Part shown: positions 23,162 through 35,794 of the stretch, piece after piece
Numbering within the stretch: the first letter of the stretch is position 1
Layout: each line of letters begins with the position of its first letter
Program-made: the position numbers and the translations under genes
Source of the DNA: Dudresnaya verticillata
Lineage: Eukaryota
NCBI GenBank assembly: GCA_977862235.1
Contig: OZ374558.1
Span: 372,001 to 436,000 of the forward strand
Direction of reading: 5' to 3'
DNA: 64,000 bases
Notes under the pieces: generated by a model
The model's input: only the letters and a program-made list of their open reading frames with translations
The model's database searches: none
What the model was told of the DNA's origin: nothing

Positions 23162-24128
23162 TGCAAGATTTGATACATACATCTTGGGGACTACTGATAT
23201 GACAGGGAAAGCAAGAGTTTATTGTCATAGTGCTGATGTCAAACATGGACAAGGTTAGAATGCCTATTCTGATATGCTATCTGGACCTGTGCTGGGAAGG
23301 CCGTTACGCAATAGCTCTAGAAATGTGTCCAAGGCGCACCTGTCTGCACAAACCAGAATCATCTCGAACGGGGAATCGTGACACGCGCAATGTTATTTCG
23401 GAGAAGACCGATGTCCACGTGGAGGTGAGACTGTTACAGACGAGAGATGTGGCCCTTAATCTGGTTGTCAATGTTGAAGACCTTGCCATAGTACTACAAT
23501 GCAATATTTGGCCATTTCCAATGTTCCAACCTGCCATGCAGGCGAGGATGCAGACGGCGTTGCGCTCTACGATGATGGAAGCGACTTGCTAGAAGCAATG
23601 AGTACACGAGGTGCTTCGAGACTCATTGAGTCGCGTCGCTCTCGCGTCAGCGATACTTTTGAAGTGCTGCCGGACCTTTTTCAAACACCTGTCCTTTGTG
23701 TGTGTGGCAAGAGGCAGAAGCGGGTAGCCCTCTTCTAGGGCGGAGATGAGGCCTAAGTAACGAGTAACCTCGGTGGCTGCTGCTAGGCCGAGAGTCCTAG
23801 CGGGATAGACTTTCATCCCGTCGACGAGTGCTGATGCGAGAGATGCGGGACTACTGTATTAACGGGGGAAGCGGTCGCCATGACCCCCCCCCATTCCAGT
23901 AATGTTGGGACGTGTCTTGAGGTCACTGTGATTGTCTTGGGGTTCGACGACAGAGCGTGTAACACGACAGGTGTCGAGCGGCATCGAGGAGTCCGGCACT
24001 CTGCCACTCTGCCACCTGCTGCTGGCACGGGATCTAGTCGGTTGGGCGTGTGACTGATATGAGCCTTAGTCGCCCGTGCAATTGCGCATGTTAGAGACTC
24101 AATAAATTCCAACATCACGATGGAGTCA

Positions 24129-25904
24129 TTAGCTCTGTTTCCTTTGATCTTGGGCAGAGCTGCCCTGCATAGAAATCCATGCCTCTAGCTGAGCCTTGAC
24201 TGTTCCAGCATCAATCGTGGGGTGAACTCCTTCGAACTGTTCCACGGCCTTGACCGCTTCCTCAAGCTTTCTCGCCATCTTGTCTCCGAAAGCACGATAC
24301 TTGAAGACTCTTTTTTCTGGCTTCTCAAGGAAAATGAACTGCAAAGCAGGCATATTTTCCCCAACCAGCTCCAGGAACTTTGGCAGCCGCCTAATGAAAC
24401 GAGGGTTCCACTCACAGGAGAAATATCCCACTTGGTAGTTTGCAATATTTTGTGGTGGCTTCATGTGGATGACGCGAAGGTTGCCACAGGCGGCGAGAAA
24501 CTCCATGAATTCCTCTGTACCGGTTGAAGTCCATTCAATGATTTCGCTGGACACTTCGAGAATGGAAATGCTTCTCGCCTTCGACAGAATTGCAGTAATC
24601 ACCGTGAAGGCCTTCTGCGGACTCATCAGCATGTGCGAAATGTTCAGTCCAAAGCGAATTTCCAAGCGCCGGATATTCTCAGACCCTTGACCAATTACGC
24701 CCAGGGCTGTGTTCTGGAGCGTCTCGGAGCAGTTCAAAAACGTGGTCATCGTTGCAGACGTATCGATCTGCAAGACGTAAGCATCGCGAACTTCACTAAG
24801 GCATGCCTCCGCTTGTCCGCTCCTGACCTTCGTCATGATTGTCTGCAAAGAAATCGAACGATTCTTGCAAGACTTGACTCCGCTACTGAGCGAAGGAATT
24901 GTAGTGACCCTTCCGTCGGCTGTCTCAAATTCAAACTCAGTAGCATAATCGAAGAAAGACGAATCCTCGGCAAGCTTACATTTCATCCGCTGCAAAAAGT
25001 TGTCCAGATACTCATCGTTCTCATTGGTGAAGTGCTCCAACCCGTCAAGATCTTTGCGAGCAAACTCTTCCAAGTATATCAGGAAATGTTGCACGGCAGC
25101 GCTTGACAAAGAGCGACACCATGGTGATATGATTCCTCCTCCAATATCTGCCAAGTCGAGGCCAACAAAGATACGCTTTAGGGTCACACCGCGCCCGCTT
25201 CGACGCCTTATCCAGTTCCTCAGACGCAGCATTCCTCCCACCTCCTGGAGTAGACCCGAGGGTACCCTGCGAAGCACGATGTGTTCCAAAGCATTCATAC
25301 CTTTACCAATCTCATGAATCAGTTCCCGGCCAGGAGACCGGACCTCAAGCTTGACGAGATTCATTGCTTGGGATAGCTGCTTTGCGACACTGGCGTTCAC
25401 CCTGCCGCCGTCGACAAACGCCAGTTCCTTGACGCCGCTGAAAATGCAGGGCACGGAAGACAATATGTCTGTAAGACGATCTGCGTCAAGATTCACAGGA
25501 AGCCTGAAGATTCTCAACGATGTACCGGCAACCTTCTCAATGTGTTGAAACTGCTCGGCGGACGGGAACGGGACGGGATGGGATGGGGGGTCTTCGAGTG
25601 TGGCGGGCTGAATGGCATCAATGACCTGCCAAGCGGTGCTGTATATGCCCTTGGCGACTTCCAGAAGTTGAGTGCTTGTTGCAGCTAGGGCGAAAGAATC
25701 GACGAAATCTCTGAGGGTTCGGCGGTTGAGAACTTCGCAAGGCGGGTGTAGACGCTCGAAGATGTCCTGAATAATGTCATTGGGAAGGTCGAGAATGGTG
25801 GTCTGCCTGGGTGTTGCCTTGTCACTGGAAAGGGCAGGACGGTTGCTGTAGCGGATGCGCTTGGCTTCGGGTGGATCTGTTTCGGGAAGCGTTCGGGCGG
25901 TCAT
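24129..25904 (-). CDS. F-box/LRR-like protein, copy 2
   Basis: 591 aa. Three substitutions seen versus copy 1 (M>I, I>V, V>A). Confidence 0.75.
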   Translation of the reverse strand: MTARTLPETDPPEAKRIRYSNRPALSSDKATPRQTTILDLPNDIIQDIFERLHPPCEVLNRRTLRDFVDSFALAATSTQLLEVAKGIYSTAWQVIDAIQPATLEDPPSHPVPFPSAEQFQHIEKVAGTSLRIFRLPVNLDADRLTDILSSVPCIFSGVKELAFVDGGRVNASVAKQLSQAMNLVKLEVRSPGRELIHEIGKGMNALEHIVLRRVPSGLLQEVGGMLRLRNWIRRRSGRGVTLKRIFVGLDLADIGGGIISPWCRSLSSAAVQHFLIYLEEFARKDLDGLEHFTNENDEYLDNFLQRMKCKLAEDSSFFDYATEFEFETADGRVTTIPSLSSGVKSCKNRSISLQTIMTKVRSGQAEACLSEVRDAYVLQIDTSATMTTFLNCSETLQNTALGVIGQGSENIRRLEIRFGLNISHMLMSPQKAFTVITAILSKARSISILEVSSEIIEWTSTGTEEFMEFLAACGNLRVIHMKPPQNIANYQVGYFSCEWNPRFIRRLPKFLELVGENMPALQFIFLEKPEKRVFKYRAFGDKMARKLEEAVKAVEQFEGVHPTIDAGTVKAQLEAWISMQGSSAQDQRKQS

Positions 25905-26698
25905 TGCGGGCTTTGGAGAAGAAGAAGAAGGGAGGAAAGGCCTTGTTCGTCGTAGCTGGGAAAAGTGTAGGATGACCTACGTCGTTAGTTGAACGCCGCT
26001 ACTCCATTCAACTGCGGTGCCGCTGATCTCATTCTGAGAGACTGCACAGAAACTGTTCCGGAAGACCTGGCAGACCGAGAGGTCTCTTTGCCACGATCAG
26101 AGTTGGCGCGAAGCAAAAGGGGTAGTTGCCCGACGACGTCGGGCGGGAATGTCAGGCAGCAGAGTGATCAATCACAGCGCCGAAACGCGGTGATTCTTGA
26201 CGAAAGCCAATCGGCTGCCTCGAAGCAACAGCCCCACGTCATCCTGAGGTGTGCGCGATTTTAATAAAAAACACAATTTTCACTTGAACGAGTTTTTGCA
26301 TGACAGGCAGTGGCTGTGAGTGGCGTCGAGTACGGTGCCCCTCCTAGCGGCTTTGAGGATGCCTCTCCCTCAGAAACAGATCCAAGCGCCCCCATCTTCG
26401 CACTAAGCTTTTGGAGATGAGCAGTGAGAAAGATGCACTTCTCCATTTACTCTTGACGCCAGTGTGGACTAATTTGAAGAATAAGGCACGGGACAGCGCG
26501 AATTTCCATCTCGTTCTGACAATAGTCAAGCTGCTCTGTCTTGAAACTATTATTAATATCGAGGAAGGATGGCCTCAATGTCAATATTGCACCTTTGCCA
26601 ATCCGTCAATGCTTTACTTCTGTACTCTGTGGATGTTCCTAGCATAGTTACAAAAATGAACATACATGGAATTAACAATGCACTCGAACAGCGCAGGT

Positions 26699-27403
26699 CT
26701 CCTCTCCTGCGCTAGAAGATCGTGCAACAGAGCTCCTGCGCTGCGCTACAACGTCTCGCCGGCTTAGCAGCGCTTCCTGCCTCCTGGCATGCCCAAAGAA
26801 CGCTTTCTACCTTCCAGGCCACGCCGCGTATTGCTTGCTGGGATGCATCCCAACAATCCCGAACGCGGCGAGAAATCCGCGACTTGCTGCTACAGGAATG
26901 GCGTGCGGCGATATCTGGTCGACGTCCTGCCCCGGTGTACAAATCGCATCGATTACCACCAGCCCTGGAGCTACCAAACCACAGCGACAGGAAACTAGCA
27001 ATCCGTTGGCACCTGCGGACGTTCCCTATCCCGCTGCCCTGCCCAATTGCCCGCGAGGAAGTTCGACCCTTCGCCCAATCTCTCCAAGCCCTGTCGCTCC
27101 CAGAATCACTCGTCGCTGATCTCTGCGCAACCTCCGATACAATCTCATCTATCCGGGATGCCTGCAGCCAAGAGTTTCCCCTGTCTACTGGGAAGTATCC
27201 CACTCACAACCCAGTCGGTCCCCACGTAACTGATCCATTTCCGAAGGATAGCCCCACCCCCTTTACCGATGATAGGATAACTTTTAATGGACGTGATTAA
27301 GAATAACCTTAACAACTGTTGTCTTACCTTACCGGTGTGCTTGCCCATGGGCCATCGCCGCCCGCACAAGACCACCCTAAACAACCATTAAAACCAAACA
27401 TCA
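26699..27403 (+). mobile_element. LINE 3' remnant, copy 2
   Basis: Duplicate of 14552-15256. Confidence 0.7.
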
Positions 27404-27560
27404 CAGGTGGCTTCACGTTCGCACGGGATCACTCTTTGAAGAGAAGGAACGTTCGGTGGGTACAAGCATAAATTGGGTTCCGGTTCAATCTGAAGCAGAA
27501 AGACGGATTCTAGATACGCATCAGGTGCTTGGCGCTGTTGATGGCCATTGACGCCCGAAC

Positions 27561-27944
27561 CTAGAGCGCATGGCTGCACGAGGTTGGAATATTGGAGCAA
27601 TGGCACTTTGGCTTATCACCGGTCTTAGCGCGACAGAAGCAGCTACCACCTATGCTCTTGCACGTGGCCTTGCACCGAGCAGCACTGTAGCAGGATTTGG
27701 AGCCACCCGTGGTGGTGATGCAGCACTTCTTGAACAGGCCCTTCTTGGTGGAAGACGCAGTGACGCGTGCCACACTATTGAGACATTTCGAGCCGTAGCG
27801 GCCTGCACCACATACACTTACACAACCGCGGACGGGGTTGGAGCACGTCATTGAGGCGTGGTATCTCTTCCAGGCTTGTATCTGAGAGACGCACAGCGAA
27901 AGCGTCAGGAAGAGTGCGATTGTTTTGCTGAGAGAAAAGGACAT
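27561..27944 (-). CDS. Secreted cationic cysteine-rich protein, copy 2
   Basis: Translation identical to 15414..15797. Confidence 0.8.
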   Translation of the reverse strand: MSFSLSKTIALFLTLSLCVSQIQAWKRYHASMTCSNPVRGCVSVCGAGRYGSKCLNSVARVTASSTKKGLFKKCCITTTGGSKSCYSAARCKATCKSIGGSCFCRAKTGDKPKCHCSNIPTSCSHAL

Positions 27945-30218
27945 CTTGAGGTGTGTCAGATGCTAGTTGTAGAGACTTGGAGATGAGCCGTTGGATTGAT
28001 TTCGACTGTTTCGGTGTTGTCGTTTTGAAAAAGGAGAGATCGGTTACACCTGTCCCGGCATTTATACCATTCCATAGTCGGAGCATGAGCAATAAAGTTG
28101 TGATGATGATGAGCATGAGCAAGAAATCCGCCGATCAAGAGGACATTCGGCTTTGTATTGGAACCAAACATTTTTCGCAATCCCTATCTAGATTGTAACG
28201 CTTCATCCTCAAGGCCACAACGTGGAAGCTCTTCCCTGCGACAAGACAGAAAATTGAGGTTTGCAGGTTTGTGGTGAGGCTAGTGTCGAGAAGGATACTC
28301 AGACGTTTCAGCAAAGATCCTGGTTGCAATCGACGTAGCAACCCGCCGGGGTTATCAAGTTTGTAATCAATGTCTTAAAGGGTGGGGCTGTGGCATCGAT
28401 TGTTGCTGGTTCAAGGAAAGTGCGGCACAGACGACTCGCACGGTGGGCAAATAAGCATTTTGGTTGCAGGGATTGTGACTGCTAATGACACTCAAACCAA
28501 ATCGCATCACTCTGCGCGAAGCATAGTGCAATTTCTTTTACAATTTTCGTCATCCGAGTGCGATGGCATTGCCTAAAAAGGTGCCTCGCTGCCGTGCCGC
28601 CGTGTTGCTTGTTGATTTGCGGACATCCACAAGCTGAGTGGTAAACTCAGCTTAGTCAGAGATGACACGATGTGGATGGGTTGTTGCTGGCAAGGATGGT
28701 TCAGGCCTTTCCGTGATGTCATGGAGCCAACTCGCAGGAAGGGTTGTCAACAACCCCATCATCATCATCACAACTTTATTGAAGCAAGACGAACAGCGGA
28801 AACCCTAATGACTTAGCCGCTGATGACTACTGGAAGGCCTGGACTAACGGGACGTCGACGATTCACGGCGAGGGCGGTGAGCTGGAGAATGCGGGAAACC
28901 AGTGGTGAAACTAACGAACAACAACCCCTGCTGCAAGCTGGTTCCAGTAGACCCAGCCTTAGGTTAGGGCTTAGGATAGGTCTACTAGAGCCAACTCACG
29001 ACACACACACATATTCCTTGTGGACATTGGATTTTTATCCTCCGCATTGTTCGGATATCAGACAACATACTTAACCGTTCTGTCTGCATATTTTCTAAAG
29101 GGTGTTACTTGTTCTTCTTATCTTTGAAGCAGCAAGTAATTTATATCTATGCCAACATTCGTCGCCAACATTCGTCCCAATAACGTTTTCTCCTCTCCTT
29201 TCCGAGCGACAGATCCCAATAAATTGTACCCCTCAATAAATAAATATTTGCGGTCACTCTTTCCATTTTGCAGAACGTCATTGCAGCTAGACACGTTCTT
29301 TTTCAATATTTATTGAGGGACAGAATATGTGTTGCAATAACCCTTTCGAACCAACTGTGTTAACACAACGGGTTTATGACTAACGCAATGCGAAAACTGA
29401 ACCTTCAATATAAATATAAATTTATTGCATTGCGTGCCTACCCTTGACACAATACGAATTGAATATATCCCAGACACTACAAAAATGTTATCCCCCTATG
29501 AAGCTGTCTATTTAAAGCACGGGCTTTTTTCACGCTCAGAAGTACTGTTCTAATAACTCCTTGATCTCTAGAAAGAGACATAGTTTCTAGACTTAAAGCT
29601 CCAACATTGATATCTATTTCTGGGACAACTGCAAAACTAGAGCGAGATGCCATCCATATCAGTTTATTGAACAAGGAAACCCTCTGGTTGTGTCCCCTGG
29701 CGAAGTTCTGTCACCATCGCAGCCATGCCTGTCAATTGGATCTGAAATCCAACAACCATCCACAGAAGTTTTTGATATGGAAAGAATGTTTTCCGGTTGG
29801 AAACAAGTCAAGCTACGGTAACAGAGATGTTCTCTTTTTATTTCTTGTCTAGGGTGGTCCTATGCGGGCAAATAGGGCCCATGGTGGGCAATAACGTATA
29901 CAGACGTAGAAGCGTGCCAAGAATGCCAAGAGTGCTGTTCTTTTCAATTTTCGTCGCACCAAAAAACGAGAGAGGACCCGTGGCCGTCAAGACACTACCC
30001 CGTACAAGGGGTAAGGGGACTCGGACCAACCAGCTTCCAGAAACACCAAGTCCTGCTTGCTGAAAAGGATGAGATACGTAAAGAAAATCAAGAGAAGACT
30101 TCTCCGCCGTCGGGGCGATAACCTTCCAGAAAGCAACAAAGTTTGCAATGTGATCTGGTGCTTTTCTCGCCTGCTGACGCGAACTCGGAACGTGTAAGGT
30201 TGCGAAAGCACTTCTTCA

Positions 30219-31978
30219 GTGATCCACTTAGCCCTCTATTGTTTGCATTGGTCCTGCAACCTCTCTTGTGTCTCCTTCGTACCCGTTTCTCTATGCCTTT
30301 GCAGGTATTCTTCGCCGATGATGGAAACTCTCCTCCTGCCTCGCAGTATGCTCGGTTCAGTTCTTTCTTTCCTCGCAACGGAAGGATCTAAGATTGGGTT
30401 CCATCTCAATCTTTCCAAAACCACTGCTTGGTGGTGGCGCCGTCCCTCTCGAATCCCTGTCACTACTAACGGGTGCCATGTTACTATATCTCACGATGAT
30501 GCTCTAACTGTGCTCGGCTCTCCTATCGGACACTCTGCTGGTTGCCAAGCCCAGTTTCATTCCCGACGGATCAGGGAAACACGTCTGTTGGAAGCGCTTC
30601 CAACTCTAAATGACCCACAAATGGCCTATCATCTCTTGCGCTATTGCTCCGGTGCTTGAAAGCTGATCTATACCCTACGAACTGCCCCGCCGCATCTAAC
30701 ATTTCCTGAGGCCGATCTATTCGACCAAGGGCAGCGAAGGGCATTCGAACGTATTCATCACTCGCTTCCTGACGATTCCTGGACTTGTGCGACACTCCCG
30801 CTTGAATATGGCGGGCTTGGCCTCACCTCTACTACCACGCTTGTCGAGCTTTCCTATATCAGTTCTGTAATGGGGGTTTGGGATTTGTTCACTACTTTGA
30901 TCTCGCCTGCCCTTTCCATGTTCTCTCGCACAGACTCACGGCAGCGGAGTTTGGCTCGAACCTGTAATGCCCTGTGTACTCGGTTCGGATTATCTAGCGA
31001 TTATCACTTTTCAACTCTCCTCTCTCGCACCCAAAAGCGAGGTTACATCCCCCACTTGCAAGAAGAACTCTCCGCGAAGGTTCACGCTCGTTTGGTGGAT
31101 AATTACTGGCCCTCCATCCGTTCGACTGAGAGAGAAGATCGTGTGAAAAGGGCCCGACTTCTCTCCTGTGGTAGTTTGGAATCTAGAATGGCCTTTACCG
31201 CATTCCCCGATCCACACCGAGGCACCTCTGTGTCACCTGCTATATGGGCTACCATGATCGACTTGCGTTTGGGCGCACCTGTATTTGCGCCAGATCTCCC
31301 TTGTTCTGCGTGTCTATCCGTTTCTGGTCGCGTGGTTTCCCTTGACCGTTTGGGGTATCATGCTTCGACATGTCCCTGTGCCCATGGGTCCACTCGTCGT
31401 CACAATTCTATTAGGGATCTCCTTTTTTCTCGTCTCCGTCACCCGTCTATCGGGCTTTCTGTCACGAGAGAGCAGTCCTTTCATCTACAGGACGATCTTC
31501 GACGATTGGACTTGGTGTTGGATGATCCCGCCTTTTCTGATTCATGCATTGGTTATGACCTTACTATTGTGACTCCCTCTACTGCTCGCGCTGTATCCAA
31601 GGCATCTGAAATTCCTGCAGGGGCCGCCCAAGTCGCTGAACGGGACAAGCATCGCAAGTATCGCACTGCTTGTGCAGCACATTGTATTACGTTTCAGCCG
31701 CTGGGATTCGACATTCACGGAGGCATTGGCCCCGAATGCCGTAGCGCACTTCAAAAGCTCGCTTCTTTCCTGGCCAAGTGCCGGGGAACAAATCCTACTA
31801 CTGAATACCATTCGTTAGTTTCACCAATGGTTTCCCGCATTCTCCAGCTCACCGCCCTCGCCGTGAATCGTCGACGTCCCGTTAGTCCAGGCCTTCCAGT
31901 AGTTATCAGCGGCTAAGTCATTAGGGTTTCCGCTGTTCGTCTTGCTTCAATAAAGTTGTGATGATGATGATGATGATG
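30219..31978 (+). mobile_element. 5'-truncated CRE-clade-like non-LTR retrotransposon (RT C-terminal half, Zn knuckle, restriction-like endonuclease), frameshifted
   Basis: Starts at DPLSPLLFAL...FFADDG. ORF 30870..31916 has CSAC...H...C, RRHN, RLDLV...YDLTIV, AERDKHRKY, FQPLGFDIHGG. Ends aataaagttgt(GAT)n. The empty site at ~18071 (cttcttca/atgttct) shows no TSD. Confidence 0.9.
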
Positions 31979-33964
31979 ATGTTCTAAGTGTTGAAATGAA
32001 GTGGCTTCCGAAGGCTAAAACGTTTTGTACCCTGGACTCTTTCTATGGGAGAGAAGTAAAGAGAGCATCATCAGCCAATGCTCAGCTGAGAAACCAGGTG
32101 CATGTATTCAAGAAAAAATCCCGTCCTTGCTTGGAAGAAGAGCACTCCATATGATCAATGTGTGTGTGTCACTATATCAGTAACTATCCGACAGAAGGCA
32201 TCTAGAGCCGTCTATATAGGCATAATGAAATCGTAGTTCTTCCAGCGGAAGACAGTTGTTACACAGTGCTTGTTTCATGTCTTGGAACACATGCTATTGC
32301 ATGTGACAGTAACAGACACTAAGAACCAAGAGCAGTCACTCGTCTACCGTCCGCCGTACGCCTCCGCCTTCATCATCCCACAAATGAACACTGATGCCGA
32401 CATCCAGACCTTCTTCTCAGCAACTTGCCATTTTGCATTTTCCCCAAACAAGTTGCGCAGTTTCACAATTTGCCCAAGCACATCTCGCATTGCCCCCTTC
32501 ACCTTCTGTATCTTCCTGCATTGTTTCAAAACTGCCACACCCATTAGCAAACCTCCTGTCCCACCAGATCCGGAAATCATGGCGATCCGAAATCCTTGCT
32601 GCCACCAATACCGCCTGCGGGCCCTCTGCAACTCGTTTACCTTTCTTTTCAGCGCGACTAGCCGGTCACATGCCTCCTCCACGCAGCATATCCTTGCTTC
32701 TGACAACGCCCGAATTTGGATTCGTTTTGCCGTATCGCAGAAAGACCCAATAGGAGGGAGAATTTGTTGCATTGGAAATGTTTGCTTGGAAAGGCCTGTG
32801 TCGAAGAGCGCAGTGGCACAGACCATATTTCTTGGAGAAGCGAAGGGAGTTCTTCTCTTGCTGGATGAACGATTTGGTACGTGCTTTGTGTTCAGGAATT
32901 GATCGGCCCATGTAGCGGTTATGCATATGAGTATGCCTGGTTATGTACACTGGTGCACGAGCTTTTAAGCCGTTTCCTGACCCTGGAGTGCCCGCTACGA
33001 AAACTGAACGGTTGATACTCATGCTCATACTTTCATCGGAAAAGTGATCTGGTCACAGTGTACGTTTGCCGCCAGCCCGCATTCCGGGCTCTTCAGAGTG
33101 AGGCGTTTTTGGGCACAGGGCGAAACGACCTGCGCCTCACTGGGCGCTGTCAACAGTGTGGACAAAGCCCTTTGTAATGCGATTCTGCGCTGTAATGGAC
33201 TTTTGGCGCGCCGTCGTGCGTTCTGCTCGTCGGCGAAATTTCTACAAGAAGGGGCAGCCGGCGTCAAGACGGGAGAGGAGAGAGAGAGCTCAACATAACA
33301 TCGCGATCAGCATCCACCACACAGGGGAACCCAGGGAGGGAACCTGCAGCCATCGCCGGCCTACATTGCCCGGCTCTGGGGCACAGTCCCTAGCGGCGAG
33401 GTGACCTGTTGCTGCGGTTGGCAACCTCGGCCTGCCTGGTCGGGCAGTGAATTAGCCATCTGAGCGGTGAGTGATGACGACGGATGGGTGTGGCCTTTTT
33501 GCGTGCTCATCTGCAAGCGCCCTGAGGTATGAGCATCCACAAGGGACATAGACTCGTGTGTGTCTGCTACGGGTATTACCGCCATGTGTCTACAATTCCT
33601 TGACGCTTTGGCCAAGTCTCATCACCCACTGCTTCTTGGCAAGCTACTGCAACGCTGCATTTCTGCGCTGCAAGGACATGCCAAGCAGCAGGGGTACCGA
33701 GCTTTGTACTGTATACATGCCCTTCGTAGTCATATATCGGCGAAAGTGGAGTACAAAGAGCAGGTCCCAGGTAGACGATTACCCAAGCTTCTGTTTTGTC
33801 TGCCATCTCCGGGTATAGCGTTCTCCCCTATCTGACAGCCGAACTGCTCCGATTCAAACTTCTCCTCGCTCCGCCTCTGCACGCCGTCATGCTAACCATC
33901 ACGATCGTAAGCTCGCGATTGCTGACACCTCTGGATGTGCCCCATTCCTCCGCTTTCTGACAAT

Positions 33965-35794
33965 ACAAACGCATGTCTTGGGACTCTTTTGGGTGAAATG
34001 CAGTCAGCTCGGGTACCTATTGCAAGATTGGCAAACATCCCTGCTGGTGCCAATTTACAAACGGGGTCCCAAATCGGACCCAACCAGCTATCGACCGATT
34101 GCGCTAGTGTCGCACGGACGACAAATGCTTTCAAAGGCAATCGCGTCTATGATTCGTAAGGAGTACCAGTTTCATCCGACTCAGTTGGGGTTCCGTGAGA
34201 AAACTGGTACCGAAACCGCCATCTTAAGGCATGCAACCAGCACAAAAGCTGGATTCCGGTACACGGCCGTGCTCGACTTGAAGTCGGCATACGATACAGT
34301 ACCCCGCGAGCGGTTGATGTCGAAAGTGAATCAGAAGATGTCACCTACCACGGCGGCAATGGTCGCTCCGGAGTTACAACCAGCAACAGTAGTTACCAAG
34401 GGCGATATCACCGGCACCACTGCAATTGTGTCGCGGGGTGTGCCTCAAGGCGTGTCTTCGAGTCCGACTTTGTACAATGTCAACATGGACTCGTATCCTG
34501 AGTTCATGGATTTGTCAATGTCGGCCTCCGAAAGTGCTGAAGAAATCGACATTACGATCTTTGCTGACGACGTCAAGCTCCGATCCAAGACTAGTACCGG
34601 CCTCCAAACGGCCTTAGATGCGTCCACGAAATGGGCTGATCTTGAAGGTATGCAGTGGGGAACTTCAAAATGCCATGTTTTGGAGCCCGAAAACTGCACC
34701 AAACGAGCAATGTACTACCTGAATGGTCAGAAAATTGACGTGGTAGACACTGCAAAGTACCTGGGAGTGACTCTGAAAGGTACCAAACTGGCACCTGACA
34801 AGAATTTGGAACGAGTTAAGGCGGCTCATCAACGCCTAAACTTACTCAAGGCGGTCGGCGTACACCGCAAATATGTGCCTAGCGCACGACTTGTGGACAT
34901 CTGCCGCACGTATATCTACCCAGTTGCGGACTTTAGCACCCATTTGATGCCGATCGACACGGCCGGCAAGTGCGATTTGAGTCATCAACTCGAGTTGCTG
35001 GACTACAAAGTGGCAGAATTTGCACTTGGGTGCATTGCCAAAGAGCCTATGTGGCCTCGCAGTGGCCGCATCCGCGGGCGCCTACCACGTCATTTGAAGA
35101 TGGCCAAGCTGCCGGACTGGTTGCAGCGTATCCGTCTGCGCCTTCGCAGTCTTGGTAAACGCCTCACAAAACGAGCTCACCGCAACCGTGGCGACGTGCT
35201 CGCCATGACAGATATGTTAGAATTCCGAAGTTTCCGGGCGCAGAATAAGAGTCCTCTGGACATGAGGAACCAGGATCTCCGTGATTCGTGGGAGGGCCTG
35301 TGTCGCCAACGTCGGCGGCGTATTCCAGTTCCCGACTCTGGATTCGTTCCGATTCTACACATTAGGGATCGTAAGCTGCGAGATGCCGGGATTCGATGGT
35401 ATTGTGGGTCATTTCCCGGAAAACCGGATGTCCTCAAGACTCGACTTGGTCCCGAGGTCTACAGGTTGCACAAAGCCCGAATTGAGTCTGGATTGAGTGT
35501 GAAGCGTTGGAATGCGGGCGTGCAAGCCCGACTCCTAGATAGTCTGAAGGCATTTCTGGATGTCTTAGATGACCAAAACTGTGTTGGTCAGAAGCGCAAA
35601 CGCGAGGATTTGAGTCCCGTGCACAGAACGACCAAGAAGCGCAAACCAAGTTAGCAAATCATCGCATTGGAAGCATGTAGTACCGAATATGTTTTAGAGT
35701 TTGCATGAAGGTTGAAGACGTACTCCCTTGCCACATAGTGTAGCGTAGCTACAACTTAGGACACTGAGGCGTCTCTAAATAAATCACACATTTC
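33965..35794 (+). mobile_element. 5'-truncated LINE with uninterrupted RT ORF (33978..35654) and 6-bp TSD
   Basis: SYRPIAL, QLGFR, LDLKSAYD, GVPQG, FADD and KYLG motifs. GACAAT at 33959-33964 and 35795-35800. Empty site at ~20055 and ~7906. Confidence 0.92.

Larger units (their letters stand above)
18261..32165. repeat. Tandem segmental duplication, copy 2 (includes the CRE insertion)
   Basis: Same gene order and near-identical sequence to copy 1 from ~21242 onward. Confidence 0.95.
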